This document shows, in pieces, positions 34,019 through 47,940 of a stretch of DNA of 64,000 nt. Made by a program: the position numbers and the translations under genes. The stretch covers positions 939,430-1,003,429 of the forward strand of contig NW_005434657.1 in assembly GCF_000315625.1 (NCBI RefSeq), in the 5' to 3' direction. The notes beneath the pieces are model-generated. The model did no database searches. It was not told where the DNA came from and saw only the letters and a list, made by a program, of their open reading frames with translations. Positions within the stretch are counted from its first letter, which is position 1, and the number at the start of each line of letters is the position of its first letter. This DNA is from Guillardia theta CCMP2712. Taxonomy: Eukaryota > Protista > Cryptophyta.

Positions 34019-36878
34019 TTAAATGTGAACGAAGCTGTCTGGATGATAAACCTGAAGAGAACTCGTCACCTTCTCCCTCTCTCCCTCCTTCCTTCCCTTC
34101 CCCTCACCTGCAAGCTTGCAACAAGAATGTAGATGACCCACAACAAGAAAAGGAAGCAGCTGGTAACCTGAGAGACGAGGTGAGGAGATCGAAAGTGGCA
34201 ACAGACGAGGAAAGGAAGGAAAGGAAGGCCTTGAGGATAAGCGGTAGGCAGGCAGGACATCGTGAGGGAGGGGAGGGCAGACAAGCAGGGAGCAGAGGCG
34301 AAGGAGGGGCAGAGAGCTTACAATATTGTTGACAAGCGATCCGCCGATCTCAGCTCCGAAGGCAAACCTCTTGCCGAAGATGACAACGAACGAGGCGATG
34401 CTGAGGATGGCGAAGATAAGAACATTGAAGCCCAGGGACCCGGCCTCCACCACAAACGCTCCCGTCTTCTCATACTGTTGGAACCTGCTCCATTTCTGGT
34501 ACTTCAACCTCCACTGGTCGTCCGGTCCAGTCACCGCCCACTTGACAGCAGCGCACAGCCAGGGGATGCCGAGACCGAGAAAGACGTTGACGCAGTTGCT
34601 TCCCGTCACGTTCCCCAGCGCGTTGTCGGCCGTGTCGTCCATCTTGATCGCGATCATGGAAGCGAAGGTGTCAGGCAACGAAGTGCCGAGGGCAACGATG
34701 GTGATGGCAGTGACAGGCTTCTCCAGCCCCACAAGGCAGCCGAAGATGGAAGCGAGGTCTCCTACCATGGCAGTGACGCAGCCAATCAGGCCGAGGGCAA
34801 CGAAGAAGCAGTACCATCCTCCTCCGAGGTTAGGGGGGGGGATAAAGGCAGCCACAAACTGCCAGGGGCAAGTGAGGATGAAAATGCAGATTTCGTTGAC
34901 GGACGCCTTGGACCAGTCTCCATCCTCGTTGACTTGGAAAGCCTGGGGTGCAAACAGTCAGCATGAGAGGAGAAAGTGTGCGAAAGTGATGAGTGGAAGA
35001 CAACAAGGAGAAAGAAATGAGTATTTTGAGAGGAGCTTGGAAGGAGTACAATAATCAAAGAACTCACTCGCACAAACTGATCTTTCCATGAGATTGGCTC
35101 ATCCTCAATGTCGCCTGCTGTCTCGTCCAAGGCCTGATTGCCATTCGGCTTGGGGGATCCGGGGGATCCATTCACCTCTGCCACTCCGTTGCCAGCTGCT
35201 ACTTGGCCATCTCCATGTGCTTCGTTCTCAGCCCCTTGCGTTGAACGTTCATGAATCTTCTGCAGAGCCTTCCTGTTCTCGAAGGTGTTGTTGATGAAAG
35301 CTCTTCGGTACGTCAGGTAAGATGCCTTCTGATTCTTCGCCAGCGCAAGACGAACCACATCGATGAACCTGTTGGCTCCATCCTTGCCCACCAGGTGAGC
35401 GTGGATCGCAGCTTTCTTCCAGTGCTCGCTCGTCTTGTCGTTGTGCGCCAACGCCTGAAGGAACTTGTTGCTTCCTGGGCTCATTTCGAACTTCTTGCCT
35501 GCATTTAACGGGGCGTCGTTGCTGACCGTCACTACCTTGTCCTCGTCCATCCGAGTGACTTCATCAGATGCAGGTTGGGTTTCATCTCGCTTCTCCTCCT
35601 CGGGTGAGACTTTGCTCGCTGTGTGAGTGTCTGCGATGTACACGGCAATCAGAAGGACGACCATGATACCAAGCGTTGCCGCTGCTTCCCAGACTTCTAC
35701 GACATCAGGTGAAGAAACAATCAGGATGATGAGCAACCAGATATCTGCGTGAGGATGTTACAAGCAAACCAACAGATCCATCCCGACAGCTTACATGCCA
35801 AAACAGAAAACACACTGGTGATGCAGAATCCAACAAACCCTGTGATCTTTCTCTTCACACCAGCACCAAGCACCATGCTGCACAGAGCAGTGATCACAAA
35901 CAAGTTGTATGCTGCCGAGCCGATGATGGTGCCTGGCCCGAGGTCATCGGCATAGAAGTTGGCTCCAAAGGTCTCGATGATGGCAAGAAGCAGCTCAGGC
36001 GTCGAGCTTCCCAAGGCCATGAGCGTCAGGTTTGCCACTGCCGGGTTCCAGATGAGAGCATCTACTTCTTCGTAGATGAACTCTCCGTCGGCTCCTTTGA
36101 CGGGCTTCCCGTCCTCGCCCTTCTTCTTCACCCTCTTCTTGTAAGTGCTGTTTGTGATGGTCTCGATGCCCGCCATGAACACGTCGCTGAGGATCGCGAT
36201 GCCTACAAACGCCCACAGCAGGCCAACAATGTATAGAAAGGCACGGAAACCAGTGTTCCACGACCCTTCGCCGCTGAAGATGGGAAAGATCAACCCCTCT
36301 GTGCAATTGCTCGAGTTGGTGTCAGCGGCAAGAATGGGTTGAGGAAGCGCAAGGAAGGCGAGACACATCAGCATCATCAATCCCGTACTCGTTCCCAATC
36401 GATTCCTTGCCAGACAACATGCCCTTGCTGGATAATTGACAGATGCTGCGCCTGTAGAGCAAGAAGCCCCAATGTTCTGGGAAGGGTACATCTCCAATAG
36501 CTGATTGCAAGTATGCGAGGGCTCTGACGGGCCTCGACCAGTAGTGCTTAAACCTTTGACTCGACAAGGAGCTTCGCAGCTGTCCTTGCCCAAACAACAC
36601 CGAGGAACGCTGAAATCATAGTTTACTCTATCCTCCTCCACGTATTCATGGTTAGATGGCTGATCAATCGATACATCGTAGTGCAAAGAGTTAGCTGAAG
36701 CATGTATCTCATCGGTGCCCTGAGAGTGATCAAAAACATCCTGGTTCTGCCCTGTCAAGCTTTGTTTCGCAGTTCTTCTCATGTTTGTCCCGGGCTCTTC
36801 TTTCAATGTATTTGTCGGGATCTTACTCTTGCTCTCTGCTCCACTACTTCTCTTCCTCCTGCACTCCGCTTCCTCCAT
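34019..36878 (-). CDS. Na+/Ca2+ exchanger (NCX/CaCA family), multi-exon; start uncertain
   Basis: Alpha-1 repeat ANLTLMALGSSTPE..GTIIGSAAYN and alpha-2 repeat VALGTSLPDTFAS..GNVTGSNCVNVFLGLG. Confidence 0.92.
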
Positions 36879-39800
36879 GGTATCTCCCTTCACTTCGTCC
36901 CTGCACCTGCATGGCCCCAGTACCCCACATTGTGTCCACGACCCCAGCACCCCCCTCTCCCACAGTCTCAACCCTTGTTGACTTCTCCCACCCCCTACAA
37001 TCCAGTGAACTTACATCCACACCCCTCCTTATTCCCCAGGTGCTCCATACTACCCCCGTCAAGATAAAAATTCCTTCTGCTGACTACCCCTATGTACCCC
37101 CTCAATTACCCTTCCTCGTATCTCGTACCCTACCCTTGTATTCCAAAGCATCCAACCACCCCTCCTTTCACCACATACCTTATTCGACCACCCCATGTTA
37201 TGTTACCTCTGCGATTTTTCAACCCTACCCTACCGCAGGGCTCACCTAGTTGACTGGTAGAGCAACAGTCGACCAACTGCCAGGACGCAAGGGTGGGTAG
37301 GTGTATTATTGGGACAACATAGGTAGACAGGGGGTAGGGTACTGAAAAGCTAACAACAGGGTGGGGAAATCGAAGGTTCGATTTCCTTACAGGAGTAGGG
37401 TGGTCATACCCGAAAGTTAAACTGGCAGGGAGGGTGGTGACAGGACAGATGGAAACATGGGTGGAATATATGGGAATAGGGGGGTAGGGGTACACATTCT
37501 GAGGGATATGGCAGGACTGTGTTGTAAGTTTGCAGAGGGTAGGAAGCGACTCCTGGACAGGGGGGGTGCTCGCGTTGATGCTCGGAATTGATGATGGGGG
37601 TGGGGTGATTGGATGCATTGGAGTTGGAATAGGGGTACTTGCACGGAAATTTCATCTGCTTTGGTAGGGAGGGGTTATCATGACAACCCGCTCCATGAGT
37701 GGGTAGGGTACAACAGGCAATATCAGGGGTAGGTGATCACTACAATCATTTTACCATTATCAATGCGGAAGAGGACCTTTTTGACACTCCACCCCTGGTT
37801 AGATTTTGCTCAGAACCAGGGGTAGAGATAAGAGATTTTTCTAAAAACGATGGGGACCCAGGACAATTTTGTACACCGAAGGAAAATGAAAAAAGATATA
37901 TCTGGAATTTGCTCGTAGGGGGTAGCAGGGGGTACTACCACCGATCCATCGTTTTGTTTAAACAAAGTGGGTAGGGGGTAGGGTCATGTGAGAACTCCAA
38001 AAAAAAAATTAGAGGTTTGCAAGGTGACTACCTCTCATACTCACAACCTACCCCACTATTGAAGTTGCCGTTGAGATTACACCCCACCCCCTATCTTGCA
38101 TCAATCAGACTCTCTAAAGCACCCGTTCATCTGGCTGATTAGCAACTTTAACAGGTAGGGTTGGTCAATGGTACCCAACTAGTACCCGACCCCCGATTTT
38201 GACACACCGGTACTCACTGTCACCACCCCTACCCAAACTTTCGGTCTTGTCCCCAACTTTTTTGGCCTGACGGTGACTTCGAAGTACCCGGGTAGATCGA
38301 CCGGAATGATCGTGGAATGGCAAGGGTAGGGTGGTCATCCATGAGCCCGGGCCGACTGCCTCCGGACAGATCAGTACTCGGAAGCCTACTTAGTCCTCCA
38401 GTGAAATTTTCCCCCATTGTGACGGTGCTCAAAGTTAAAAATCAGCCTTGAAGTTAAGTTCAATATCTGACACTCACTGAACTATAACTTTGCTGAGTAA
38501 AGAACTCACCGGGCGCTATCATGGGTCGGAGTCGCCGGGGGCCTGAGTGGGCCTGCGACCGTACTAACTAACGGCGGTTGAACCGTCGGGCAAGTTCGGA
38601 ACTTGAACACTGACTCGGACCGCCGACCGTCCCGGACCGCTCGGATAATGAGTCAGGGCCCGGCCGTCAAGTTGATGGCCGCGGCGCGGCGGGCAGGCTG
38701 TGCCACTGGTCGGACTCGGATCGGCCCGCCGATCATCGGATCGGACTGGACTCGGCCGCCGGGCCCGCTCCCAGGCCCGAGGGGCCCGGGCCGCCGCCGA
38801 GCGGCCCCTTTCCGGCCCCGGGGGCCCGGCACCGTGACCGTGGCACCCGGTCGCGTCACGGACCGTACTGTACGGTCCGACTGACTCGGTCCGACCGGCG
38901 ATCGGACATTGAGGCTGTCACGAGTCACTGAGGCTGCGGGCCGCCGCGAGCCGCCGCCCCCCCCCCGCCGCCGCCGGACGCCGATCGGACCGTACCCAGA
39001 CCGTCGGACCCCGTATAGTACGGTGACCGTACGCCGGGGCGGCGGAGCGCAGTCCCTGGCACGGTCGTCCCAGTCCGGGATCATCCGAGGCATCCGATCG
39101 GCCGGCCGACCGCGCGCGGCGGCGGGCCGACCGTGGGCAGGCGCTCTCCCGGAGCGGCTCGAACTCCCCGGCTCACTGACTCTCACTGAGTCAGCCGGCA
39201 GTCTTCCGAGTCAACTTTGCTGACGGTTCGGAGCCCGCCGGGCCGCCAGTTTACTCAAAGTTAAGTTAAAAACTTCTCTTCTGCCCACCCCACCCCTGGA
39301 ATTAAGTTCACTCTCAATCTACCCCACCCTAATTCTCACCATCACCCTGACCTAGAAGTCCCGTGTGTACTCTCATGATAATTCCTAGCTACTACCGGTA
39401 CATCAGTACCCCTCACCCCTCTGACAACTAACCCCACCCTCCATGTACAAGGTAACACGATGGTAAAGATCCGAAAAAGATCCGTGTCTCTTGGAACACC
39501 CTACCCTACTATGAGTATATGGACCCTACAATCTCCTGAATTACCCGTTCTTGCATGGGTATATTTGTGGTGGACACTGGATGGGGTACCTACCCCCACC
39601 ACCTCTATCCAACAAGAAATTTTGGGGGCGCTGGTTGGGCATAGCCTTGCGTATAGTACCCCTCTGGGACCTCTATTTTGATGGGGTGGTGAAAGGTATC
39701 GTGACCGGCTTTTAGGGCCACCAAAGGTCGCTACCAACTAAGGGCCGGACCACCCCTACCCTATTTTCATCAAACAACTACCCTGGAAAAACGATCAGGG

Positions 39801-40361
39801 ACCCCACAACCCCCTCATTTGTTCACCCCCTCTCAGGCCCCACTTAGACGCACAGTCACCCCAAAATGTTCAGTCAAAGGTACCCGTACTTATACAAAAT
39901 TCACCCACCCCTCCCTCAAATCTTCAGTTCACAATGGCTTTTCGAGGACCCCTACCCCCTAAATTGTCTCGACCCTTTCCGAACTTTGGATTCCCTGGCC
40001 ATGCCTTTGTAGCCTCCATCTTCCTGCATTGTTTCGTCCTCCGCTCCTCTCCTCCCCTCTCCGCTCCTCTCCTCTCCTCTCCCCTCCTCTCCTCTGCTTC
40101 CTCCCCTCTCCTCACCTCTCCCTTCTTCTTATCCCCTCTCCTCACCTCACCTCTCCCTTCTTCTTATCCCCTCCCCTCCCCTCGCATCATAACCTGCTCT
40201 CTGCGCGCCCCCCAGCTTCCGGGTTTGTGGGCTTTCTGATTCGATCTTCTCTTTCGCTCGTTTTGTCCGTTGGCAAGCTCCTTCATTGCTTCTTCTTGTA
40301 TCGGGTGTCGTGCTATCTACGGGTAGCACGGTGAAAGAGTCTGAGCAAGAGGAGTGGAAGG

Positions 40362-41837
40362 ATGACGTGTACCGCCATGGACAGCTCTCCGCAGCTGCCG
40401 TCAGGTAACTAAAGCCCGCTCTCTACCCTTGCCCTCTCTTGAATCGCACCATGGCCTCATCTCCGATCTGCGTCCAGTGCTGCTTGTCTCTTCCATTCGT
40501 GTTATGTCGCAACCTGGTGCTTGACTAGTCTGACATCGCATGCAGGACCCTCTTCTATCCCCGCACACCGACGGGCCTCTGATTCTCTGGAAGAGAGCAT
40601 CTCGACGCCGCAGAACAGCAAGGCGCCGGAAGTCCTGGACCTGCGCAACAAGTCGGCGTCATGCTCGGTCTTCGAGCTTGCAAACCGATACACGGTGAAG
40701 AAGGTGATCGGAAAGGGAGCTTTTGGTTGTGTCGTAGCAGGAGAGGACGAGTTCGGTAACCCGGTAGCTATCAAGAAGCTCAGTCATGCCGTCTCCGACA
40801 GCCGCTCGTCTCGACGGCTCCTCCGTGAGCTGAGATTTCTCCGCCACGTTCGGGGACACCCCAACGTCATCTCAGTGGAGGATGTGGTGGTGAAGCAGAG
40901 GGGCGGTGAGGTGGACGTGTACATCGTGACGGAGCTCATGGAGGCGGACCTGGAGCAGATCATCAAGTCCTCCCAGGCCCTCACGACCGAGCACGTCCGT
41001 TGCCTCATCTTTCAGATCATCAACGGGCTCCGGCACATCCACTCGGCCGGGATCGTCCACAGGGACCTGAAGCCTGCCAACATGATCGTGGACTCAGAGT
41101 GCCGGCTCAAGATCTGCGACCTCGGGCTCAGCCGGCACATCGCCGACCCGTCGGTCTCGCAGCACTACGACGCCAAGTTCACCGACTACGTGGTCACTCG
41201 GTGGTACCGCGCTCCTGAGCTGCTGCTGGGGAACAGGATCTACGACCACAAGGTGGACTTGTGGGCAGCTGGTTGTATCCTGGGGGAGCTGCTGGGGAGG
41301 AAGGCGCTGTTCAAGGGGTCAGACACTGGAGACATGCTGAGGAAGCAGGTGGGAGTGATAGGAAGCCCCTCGGAGGCGGACCTGGCGATGCTGACAGGAG
41401 ACGAGGCCGCGAGGAACTACATGAGAAAGATGCCGGTGCGGCCCCGGGTGAACTCGTTCGAGCTCTTCCCGGGGGGAGACTTGGCGGCGCTGGAGCTGCT
41501 GGACTCGTTGCTGCAGTGGGACAGCAGGCGGAGGATCGGAGCCGACGAGGCACTAAGGAGCTCCTTCCTTCTCGAGCTGTTCGAACCCGCCAGCAGCCTT
41601 GCCACCAACCACTGCGAACTCGCAGCGATCTCGTGCGGGTCGTTGGGGAGCGAGCAAGTGACGAACTTGATCTTCCTGGAAGGAGCCCTGTGGAGGACGA
41701 GGAGCGGACATCGCTGTTCCCCTATCGACCTGGAGATGCGCAGCAACCCGCGGGTCCCTCACTTTTGCGCATGCTCGTGCGGGCAGAAGTTCAGGAGGGG
41801 ATGCGACTTTCTGCAGCACTTAGAGGGCCTCGCATGA
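40362..41837 (+). CDS. MAP kinase with a TDY activation loop; short first exon upstream of 40547
   Basis: GKGAFG, VAIKK, HRDLKPAN, DLGLSR, TDYVVTRWYRAPE. Confidence 0.93.
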
Positions 41838-41949
41838 TGGGGACGGTGAAGGAGGAGAAGGGGGGGAGGGAGGAAGGGAGGGAGGGAGGAGACTCTGAGA
41901 AGGAGTGAGACAGGAGAGCTTCAAGATAGGAGGGCAAGTGGCTCTGAGC

Positions 41950-44900
41950 AGGAGGGAGAACCTCCTGCGAGCCGATTGCTCCTCCTTCTGATTCTACTGA
42001 TCGCCTCTGACTTCCTTGACTTGAGAACTGCTGCTACCAAGGCTACAGCCCGTATGAAGAAGGAACAAGTTCATTCTCTTATCCTTAGTCATTCTTTTAA
42101 TGAAAGCAAAGACTTTCACCGCTCCTCTCCTGACTTGTCTGCTGTCTCCTCTCCTGACTTGTCTGCTGTCTCCTCTCCTGACTTGTCTGCTGTCTCCTCT
42201 CCTGACTTGTCTGCTGTCTCCTCTCCTGACTTGTCGACTGTCTCCTCTCCTGACTTGTCGGCTGTCTCCTCTCCTGACTTGTCGGCTGTCTCCTCTCCTG
42301 ACTTGTCGGCTGTCTCCTCTCCTGACTTGTCTGCTGTCTCCTCTCCTGACTTGTCTGCTGTCTCCTCTCCTGAGTTCTTAGTGTTCTCTCGCTCTTTTGC
42401 CTTGTCGGTCGCTTTCAGGGCTGAAATCGCTCGGAGCTTCGATGAGATTGACCGCAGGGCGTCCTTGTATGACTTGTCGCCTCCTCGCCCTCTCAGCGGC
42501 TGCTGCCCCTGATCCCTTGCTTGCTTGCTGCTGTCCCACTGCCCAGCTCATTAGAAGGATAGAGGCAGGAGAGAGCAGAAGAGAGCAGGAGGATAGAGCA
42601 GGAGGATGGAGCAGGAGGATGGAGGCAGAAGAGAGGAGGAGGAGAGAGGAGGAGCACGCGATGAGGATGTGGACGAGGAGTGATTTGGACGGGGCATGCC
42701 AAGGACGGAGGAAGGGAAAGGAGGGGAAGGGGGAGGGAGGAGGGAGGGAGGAAGGAGGGGGAGGGAGGGAGGGGTATTCGATTCTGACCGATGGGGCTGA
42801 TGTAGCGAGAAGACTCCAGCTGTTTGAAATCTCAGCTGAGACTTTCATCGACTTTCTCACCTCAACGTTCGCTGCGACTTTTCCTGTCCCGCTCCTCCCT
42901 CTCCATCTCCTACAGCACCGTCAGCTTCCTTTACCTCCTTCCTCTGCTTGTGCCTCTGCCTCTGCCTCTGCCTCTGCCTCTGCCCCCCCCCCCCCCCTCC
43001 CACCTTTATCCCTCGCCTCCCTGCTCCCTCCTTCTCGACTCTTTCTCTCTGCTCTTTGATTCCTTGTCCTGCTCCTTCTAATCGTCGTCACCTTGCGCTT
43101 CAGACGTCCGCATGGTCATCGGGCTCAGGCTATTCTGCATGGGGGAGCAAGAAGGACTGCAGACACAAGCCAAGAGAGGAAGCGGCAGGTGGAAGGGAGA
43201 AGAGGAGAGGGAGAAAGGTAAGCAACGGGAAGAATGAAAGAAGGAGAGTGAGGGCAGAGGGAGAAGGAGAAGTAGTAGTAGTAGTATGCTAGGTAGGTTT
43301 ACATGGCTTGAGGGAATACCTTAATTTGAAGGAAGACGAAGTTGTTTCGAGGAGCAAACTTGACGTGTCGAGATCTCTCGGAGCCTCTGAGGTCAAGCAA
43401 GTGAGGAGGAGAAGCTTGTGGGTTGGGCCTTACGAGCAAGAGCGTCACTCTTGTCCTCCTCTCCCTTGAACAGATCCACACTCACACACGCGTCAAGCAT
43501 CTCACTGCATTATTCATTAGCTTCCCTGCCCTCCCCCTCCTCCTCCTCCTCCTCCTCCTTTTTCCCCTCCTCCTCCTCCAGCTTTTCCCCCACCCTCCTA
43601 CTCTACGCATCGTACTCCTCCTCCTCCTCCTCCTCTCCTCCTCCTCTCCTCCTCTCCTCCTCCTCCTCCTCGTTTTCCCCCTCCTCCAGCTTTCCCCTTC
43701 TCTCTCCTCTTCCCTCTGTTCTCACCTGCGTCGAGCAGTCAAAGGTGTCGAGCAAGCTTCGACAAGCTCGGTGACGGTGGAGTTGCACGCCTGCAGTGAA
43801 AATCGAGACAGGAGGTGTGAGAGCAGGGGGAGGAGGGGGAGGAGGAGGAGGAGAGAAGAAACCTGCGCAGTAAGGTAGAGGCAGACCCTGAATCCTGCAA
43901 GGTTGATACATCCGGACGAGCTGCAAGACAAAGATCAAACAGAATCATCTTTACAAATAAAACAATGAGACGAGGAGGAGGAGGAGGAGGAAGCAGGATA
44001 GAGGAGAGAGGAGGAGAGAAGAGGAGAGAAGAGGAGAGGAGAGGAGAGGAGCACGAGAAGAGATGTACTTGCTGGAAGGCAATCGTCGGAGCTTGCTTGC
44101 TATCATTCCTCTCGTTCAGCAGGAGCAACTTAAGTTCCTTCTGCTCACCTGAGGAGCTCGTCCTCGTCGCTTCCACTTGCGTCCTCGCACTCCTCGTTCT
44201 GGTGAGGGTCTGCTGGAGCGTCAGCTGACGGCAGAGAGCCGCAAACTTGACCGGAGGGCCGTGGGGGACGAGATGATCTCTTCCTGCCTCTTGGCCGTTG
44301 ACCTTGAAGCTCAGACCTGAGAACGATGACCGACGCCAGCTCAGAATCAGCTGGACTCACCCTGACGGAAAATTTCCATGGCTCGATTCTTTCGGAGGCG
44401 AAAGGGCAAGAGGTCACCTGAGAAGGCATGAGGAAAGAGAGAAAGGGTGAGAGAGAAGTGGATGGGTTGAGGGTGAGGAAGAGACGGAGAGGGAGAGAGA
44501 GAAAGCGAAGTAGATATCAAGTTACCATGCGAGAGAATCTTGAGGAATCGATTCAAGCTCATCTGAGCATGCGTCACAAGGAGCAAGAAGATGTGTGGGA
44601 GGAGTCGAGGTAAGAGAAGGTGGAGGAGGAGGAGGAGGAGGAGGAGGAGAGGGGGGGGGGGAGGAGAGAGGAGGGAGCTAAAGTCACCTTATTGGAAGGG
44701 TCTCTTCCCCTGTCAAACTCGTTGAAGAGGAAGTTGATTTTCTGTGAGGGTGTCACAAGCGAAGCGACAGGGCGAGCAGGCGGTCACTTGCTCCACGTTC
44801 TCTCTCAACATCTTCGCGAGCTGCACCAGTGTGAGCGCACAAGACAAGAGAGAGGAGAAGGGGATAGGGGAGGGAGGAGGGGATAGAGCAGGGGGAGGGG

Positions 44901-45154
44901 ATACAGGAAGAGAAGGGGGTAGAGGAGGGGGAGGGGGGAGGAGGGGATAGAGGGAAGTGGGAAGGGGAGGGGTAGGGGAGGGGGAAGGAAGTTGAGGGAG
45001 AGGGAGTAGAGGAAGATGGAGCAGAAAGAGAGAAGTAAGTGAGTAACCTGAATGTTCCCAAGGGAGGATTTTCTTCTTTTCAGGGCAAAGCTGATCGTTG
45101 GATGTCAGTAACAGGAGGAAGCAAGGAGAAGACTCGCCTTGCTGCTGCCCGATG

Positions 45155-45191
<37 letters not shown>

Positions 45192-46683
45192 CCGCTCGCT
45201 CTACCTTGCTCCACTAACGTGCTCGTCACTCCTCCAACTGTAAGCAAGTAAGGAATGAAACTCCCCTCGCAACCTTCTCACTCGATGTGTGCGGCCGCTC
45301 TAGCCTGACTGAGGGTTTCCAGGTGACTCTCGACCCCCTCCTGGGGTTGGTCGTATGCGGCCGAGGCTCGTCCTCCTCTTTCGAGCTGCGATTGAGAGCA
45401 AGGTGGTGGAAAGGATGAGCAGCGGGAGCATCGCTGACGAGCGAGTGCGAGATTCTCCTCCTCCGCTCCAGCAAGCTGAAGTTCATCTCCTCTCGCAGGA
45501 ACTGTCGGTGGCTCTCGAAGATTTTATCTCTCTCGCTCGTCTCGTCGAGGGTCCAGGCGCCAGCAGCAAGCTTGTCTTCCAGCACGCTCTCCTCCCTCAC
45601 CAGCTTGTTCTCCATGCTCCTCTGCAGACTCGCTACCACCTTGCCGAAGTTCCCACCGCCCACGGACTTGGGGTGAGCGAGAGTCAGTCGCGGGTCCGCC
45701 TCAAAGTCCGATTCCTCGAGCTGCTTGAGGATTCTTTCCTTGCTCACGTTGTGGAACTTTGAGAGTCGGAGGTTGGCGGCAGCGCGCTCGGAGGCAGCGG
45801 CGAGTGTGCGATCTTTCTTCTGATCAGCCAGGTAAGACCTCACTGCACTCCACAGCACCGCGTCGCTCTTGGCCTTGAGCTTCGCTCCGTCGTTCTCCTC
45901 TTTGGTCTCCGACTTCCACACCTGGAGGCAATAGGAGCAGGGGCCGGCGGGGGAGGTGACAGAGATGAAGTACTTGCCGTACCCGAAGTTGGGGTCCTTG
46001 GAAGAGATCTCGATCTTGTCTGCTCCATCTCCCTGCGACCGCCAGTCGAAGTTGCGCTCGGAGGGTTCGGAGTGCGAGCGGGAGACGAACAGGTCAGGGT
46101 CACTCTCCTCATCCTGAGGCTGAACGAGGATGTGCAGCTGTGCCGAGAAGTTTCCGCGCGGCTTTGACAGCTGAACGAGGTAGACCTGTCGCGAGAACTG
46201 CGGGATGTGCGCGCGATCGACGACAGGAGTGTGGGAGATCTTGAGCTCCTTAAGCGTGCGCTGCTTGTTCTTGGACGGGTCGTTGGGCCCGACATCAGCG
46301 TACCGACAAGCCTCGTGAAGGTTCTCAAGGTAGGCGATCTTGGCTCCCCACACCTGTTGCCTCACACATCAAACACGCAGCTCCTGACCGAGACCTCCGA
46401 CCTTGACCCGCTTGCAGTCCTCGACTGCAGTCCTGCCCTGAACAATGAGCGACTGATGCTGCCAACAGTGGTTGAGTCCACAAGCCTCACGAGCTAACGC
46501 ACAAGCTACCTCGTTCTCCAGTGCCGCGGACTCAAACCAGGTTCCCCATTGGCAAGGATGAACCCCTTGAGACTTCTTTCGTCTCGTTTCTTCCGGGACC
46601 CCCCTCTCTGTTTCATCATCATCGGAGGGTTTGCCTGCTGACCGGATTCTCCTTAACAAACTCGGTTTTGCTTTCTTCTCCAT
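41950..46683 (-). CDS. Multi-exon gene of unknown function with a PPC-like beta-sandwich segment; exon model and 3' extent uncertain
   Basis: 379-aa ORF with DPDLFVS..P...DWRS...GAD.IEI...G.YFISV; further short exons between purine/pyrimidine-tract introns. Confidence 0.5.
42124..42372. repeat. 24-bp tandem repeat (about 10 copies; ETADKSGE on the minus strand)
   Basis: CCTCTCCTGACTTGTCTGCTGTCT unit. Confidence 0.95.
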
Positions 46684-47940
46684 TCACGACACAACCGAAC
46701 GGTCAAATCCAATGAGCTTGCATGAGTCTACACCAGAGCCAAACCCAGTCATCGACTCAAAATAGATAATGAAGAGTAATGAAGAACTCGTACCAAGATC
46801 GCCTTAGATTCTACACATACAGCATGCCACACTCTATCATATGATCTTCACACATTATGATTTCCAAGTTGTGATGAAAAAACCTCACTTAGGATAAGTC
46901 TGTGGCCAACTTCGACTGCACGCATTTGTCTGTCTTGAATCCCTGTCCATTTGACAACATCAGTATCTCTCTTTCGAATCAAACCCGGTTCAAAGTCCAT
47001 CATTGTCCTACTGATCTCTCTTCTCTTCTTTCTCCCAAGTCCACTTTTGTTCTCCCGATTAATATCTCACTTGTCCTGTCCTCTCGGCTCCCTCCTCGCT
47101 GCTGTCACTTTTCTACGAACATGATGTACGTTCATGTCAAGTTGGGACGTTGAGCCCCCCGCGTCCCCACTCAGACTAATCGTTTAGTCAACTGCATATT
47201 TACTCAACTGTTGCTATGGTGAGGCGGACCTGCAGGGTGTCCCTGCTGACATAAAATGGGGCAAAAGCTCGCGTACGGCCCACCCCTCTTAACCCCAGTA
47301 GAAGTACCCCACCCTATGTGCACATGTATCCTGAAAAAAGCAGTTTATGGACCCCTTGTAATGAGTCTCGTCTTACGGAGATATGATGTAGAGGGGGTAG
47401 GGTACTTGTTATAAGCCGCATTCTGTAGATAGTGTGGTACAAATGACAAGCTGGGGCCCCCATTTATAACTCATGGTAGTGAACCGAGTTCTAAAACGTA
47501 AGTCATTGGTACTGAATGTGTGCACTATCCGATACTTATGATACAAATATGAAAAAATTATTCAGACAGTACAACAGAAACTTTAATAATGTTTTTATGA
47601 TTTTTTTGTAGTTTTTATTTGTACTTCTTTGAAAAAACATATAGCAGTCACCGACGCTTAGGTGACCGCACGGGAATGGCTTCATGGCTAACAGCAGCGG
47701 CAGTTAGCAACAAGCGAGGAGAGGGCGGCATGAGAGGGGGGGGGGGGGGTGAAGCGAAGTTGTAACAGGGGAGAAGGAAGATTGAGAGCAGAGGGTGGAG
47801 GGCGCAGAAGAAGGGAAACCATCGCAAGGAGCAGGGCATGGCTACTATCTTTTCTGAGTGCTTGCTAGGAGAAGAAGTTCTACCGGATCCATTTGGGTGT
47901 CTCACCTTCGTCGCCGTCCGCAAAGTCTTTGTCAACCGAG

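Noticed and set aside
38603-39223. Arg/Pro/Gly-rich ORFs on both strands
   Set aside because: Expected from extreme GC content; no domain signal
41976-42512. Plus-strand SSPDLSAV-repeat protein
   Set aside because: Probably the antisense shadow of a minus-strand exon; splice signals in the region favour the minus strand
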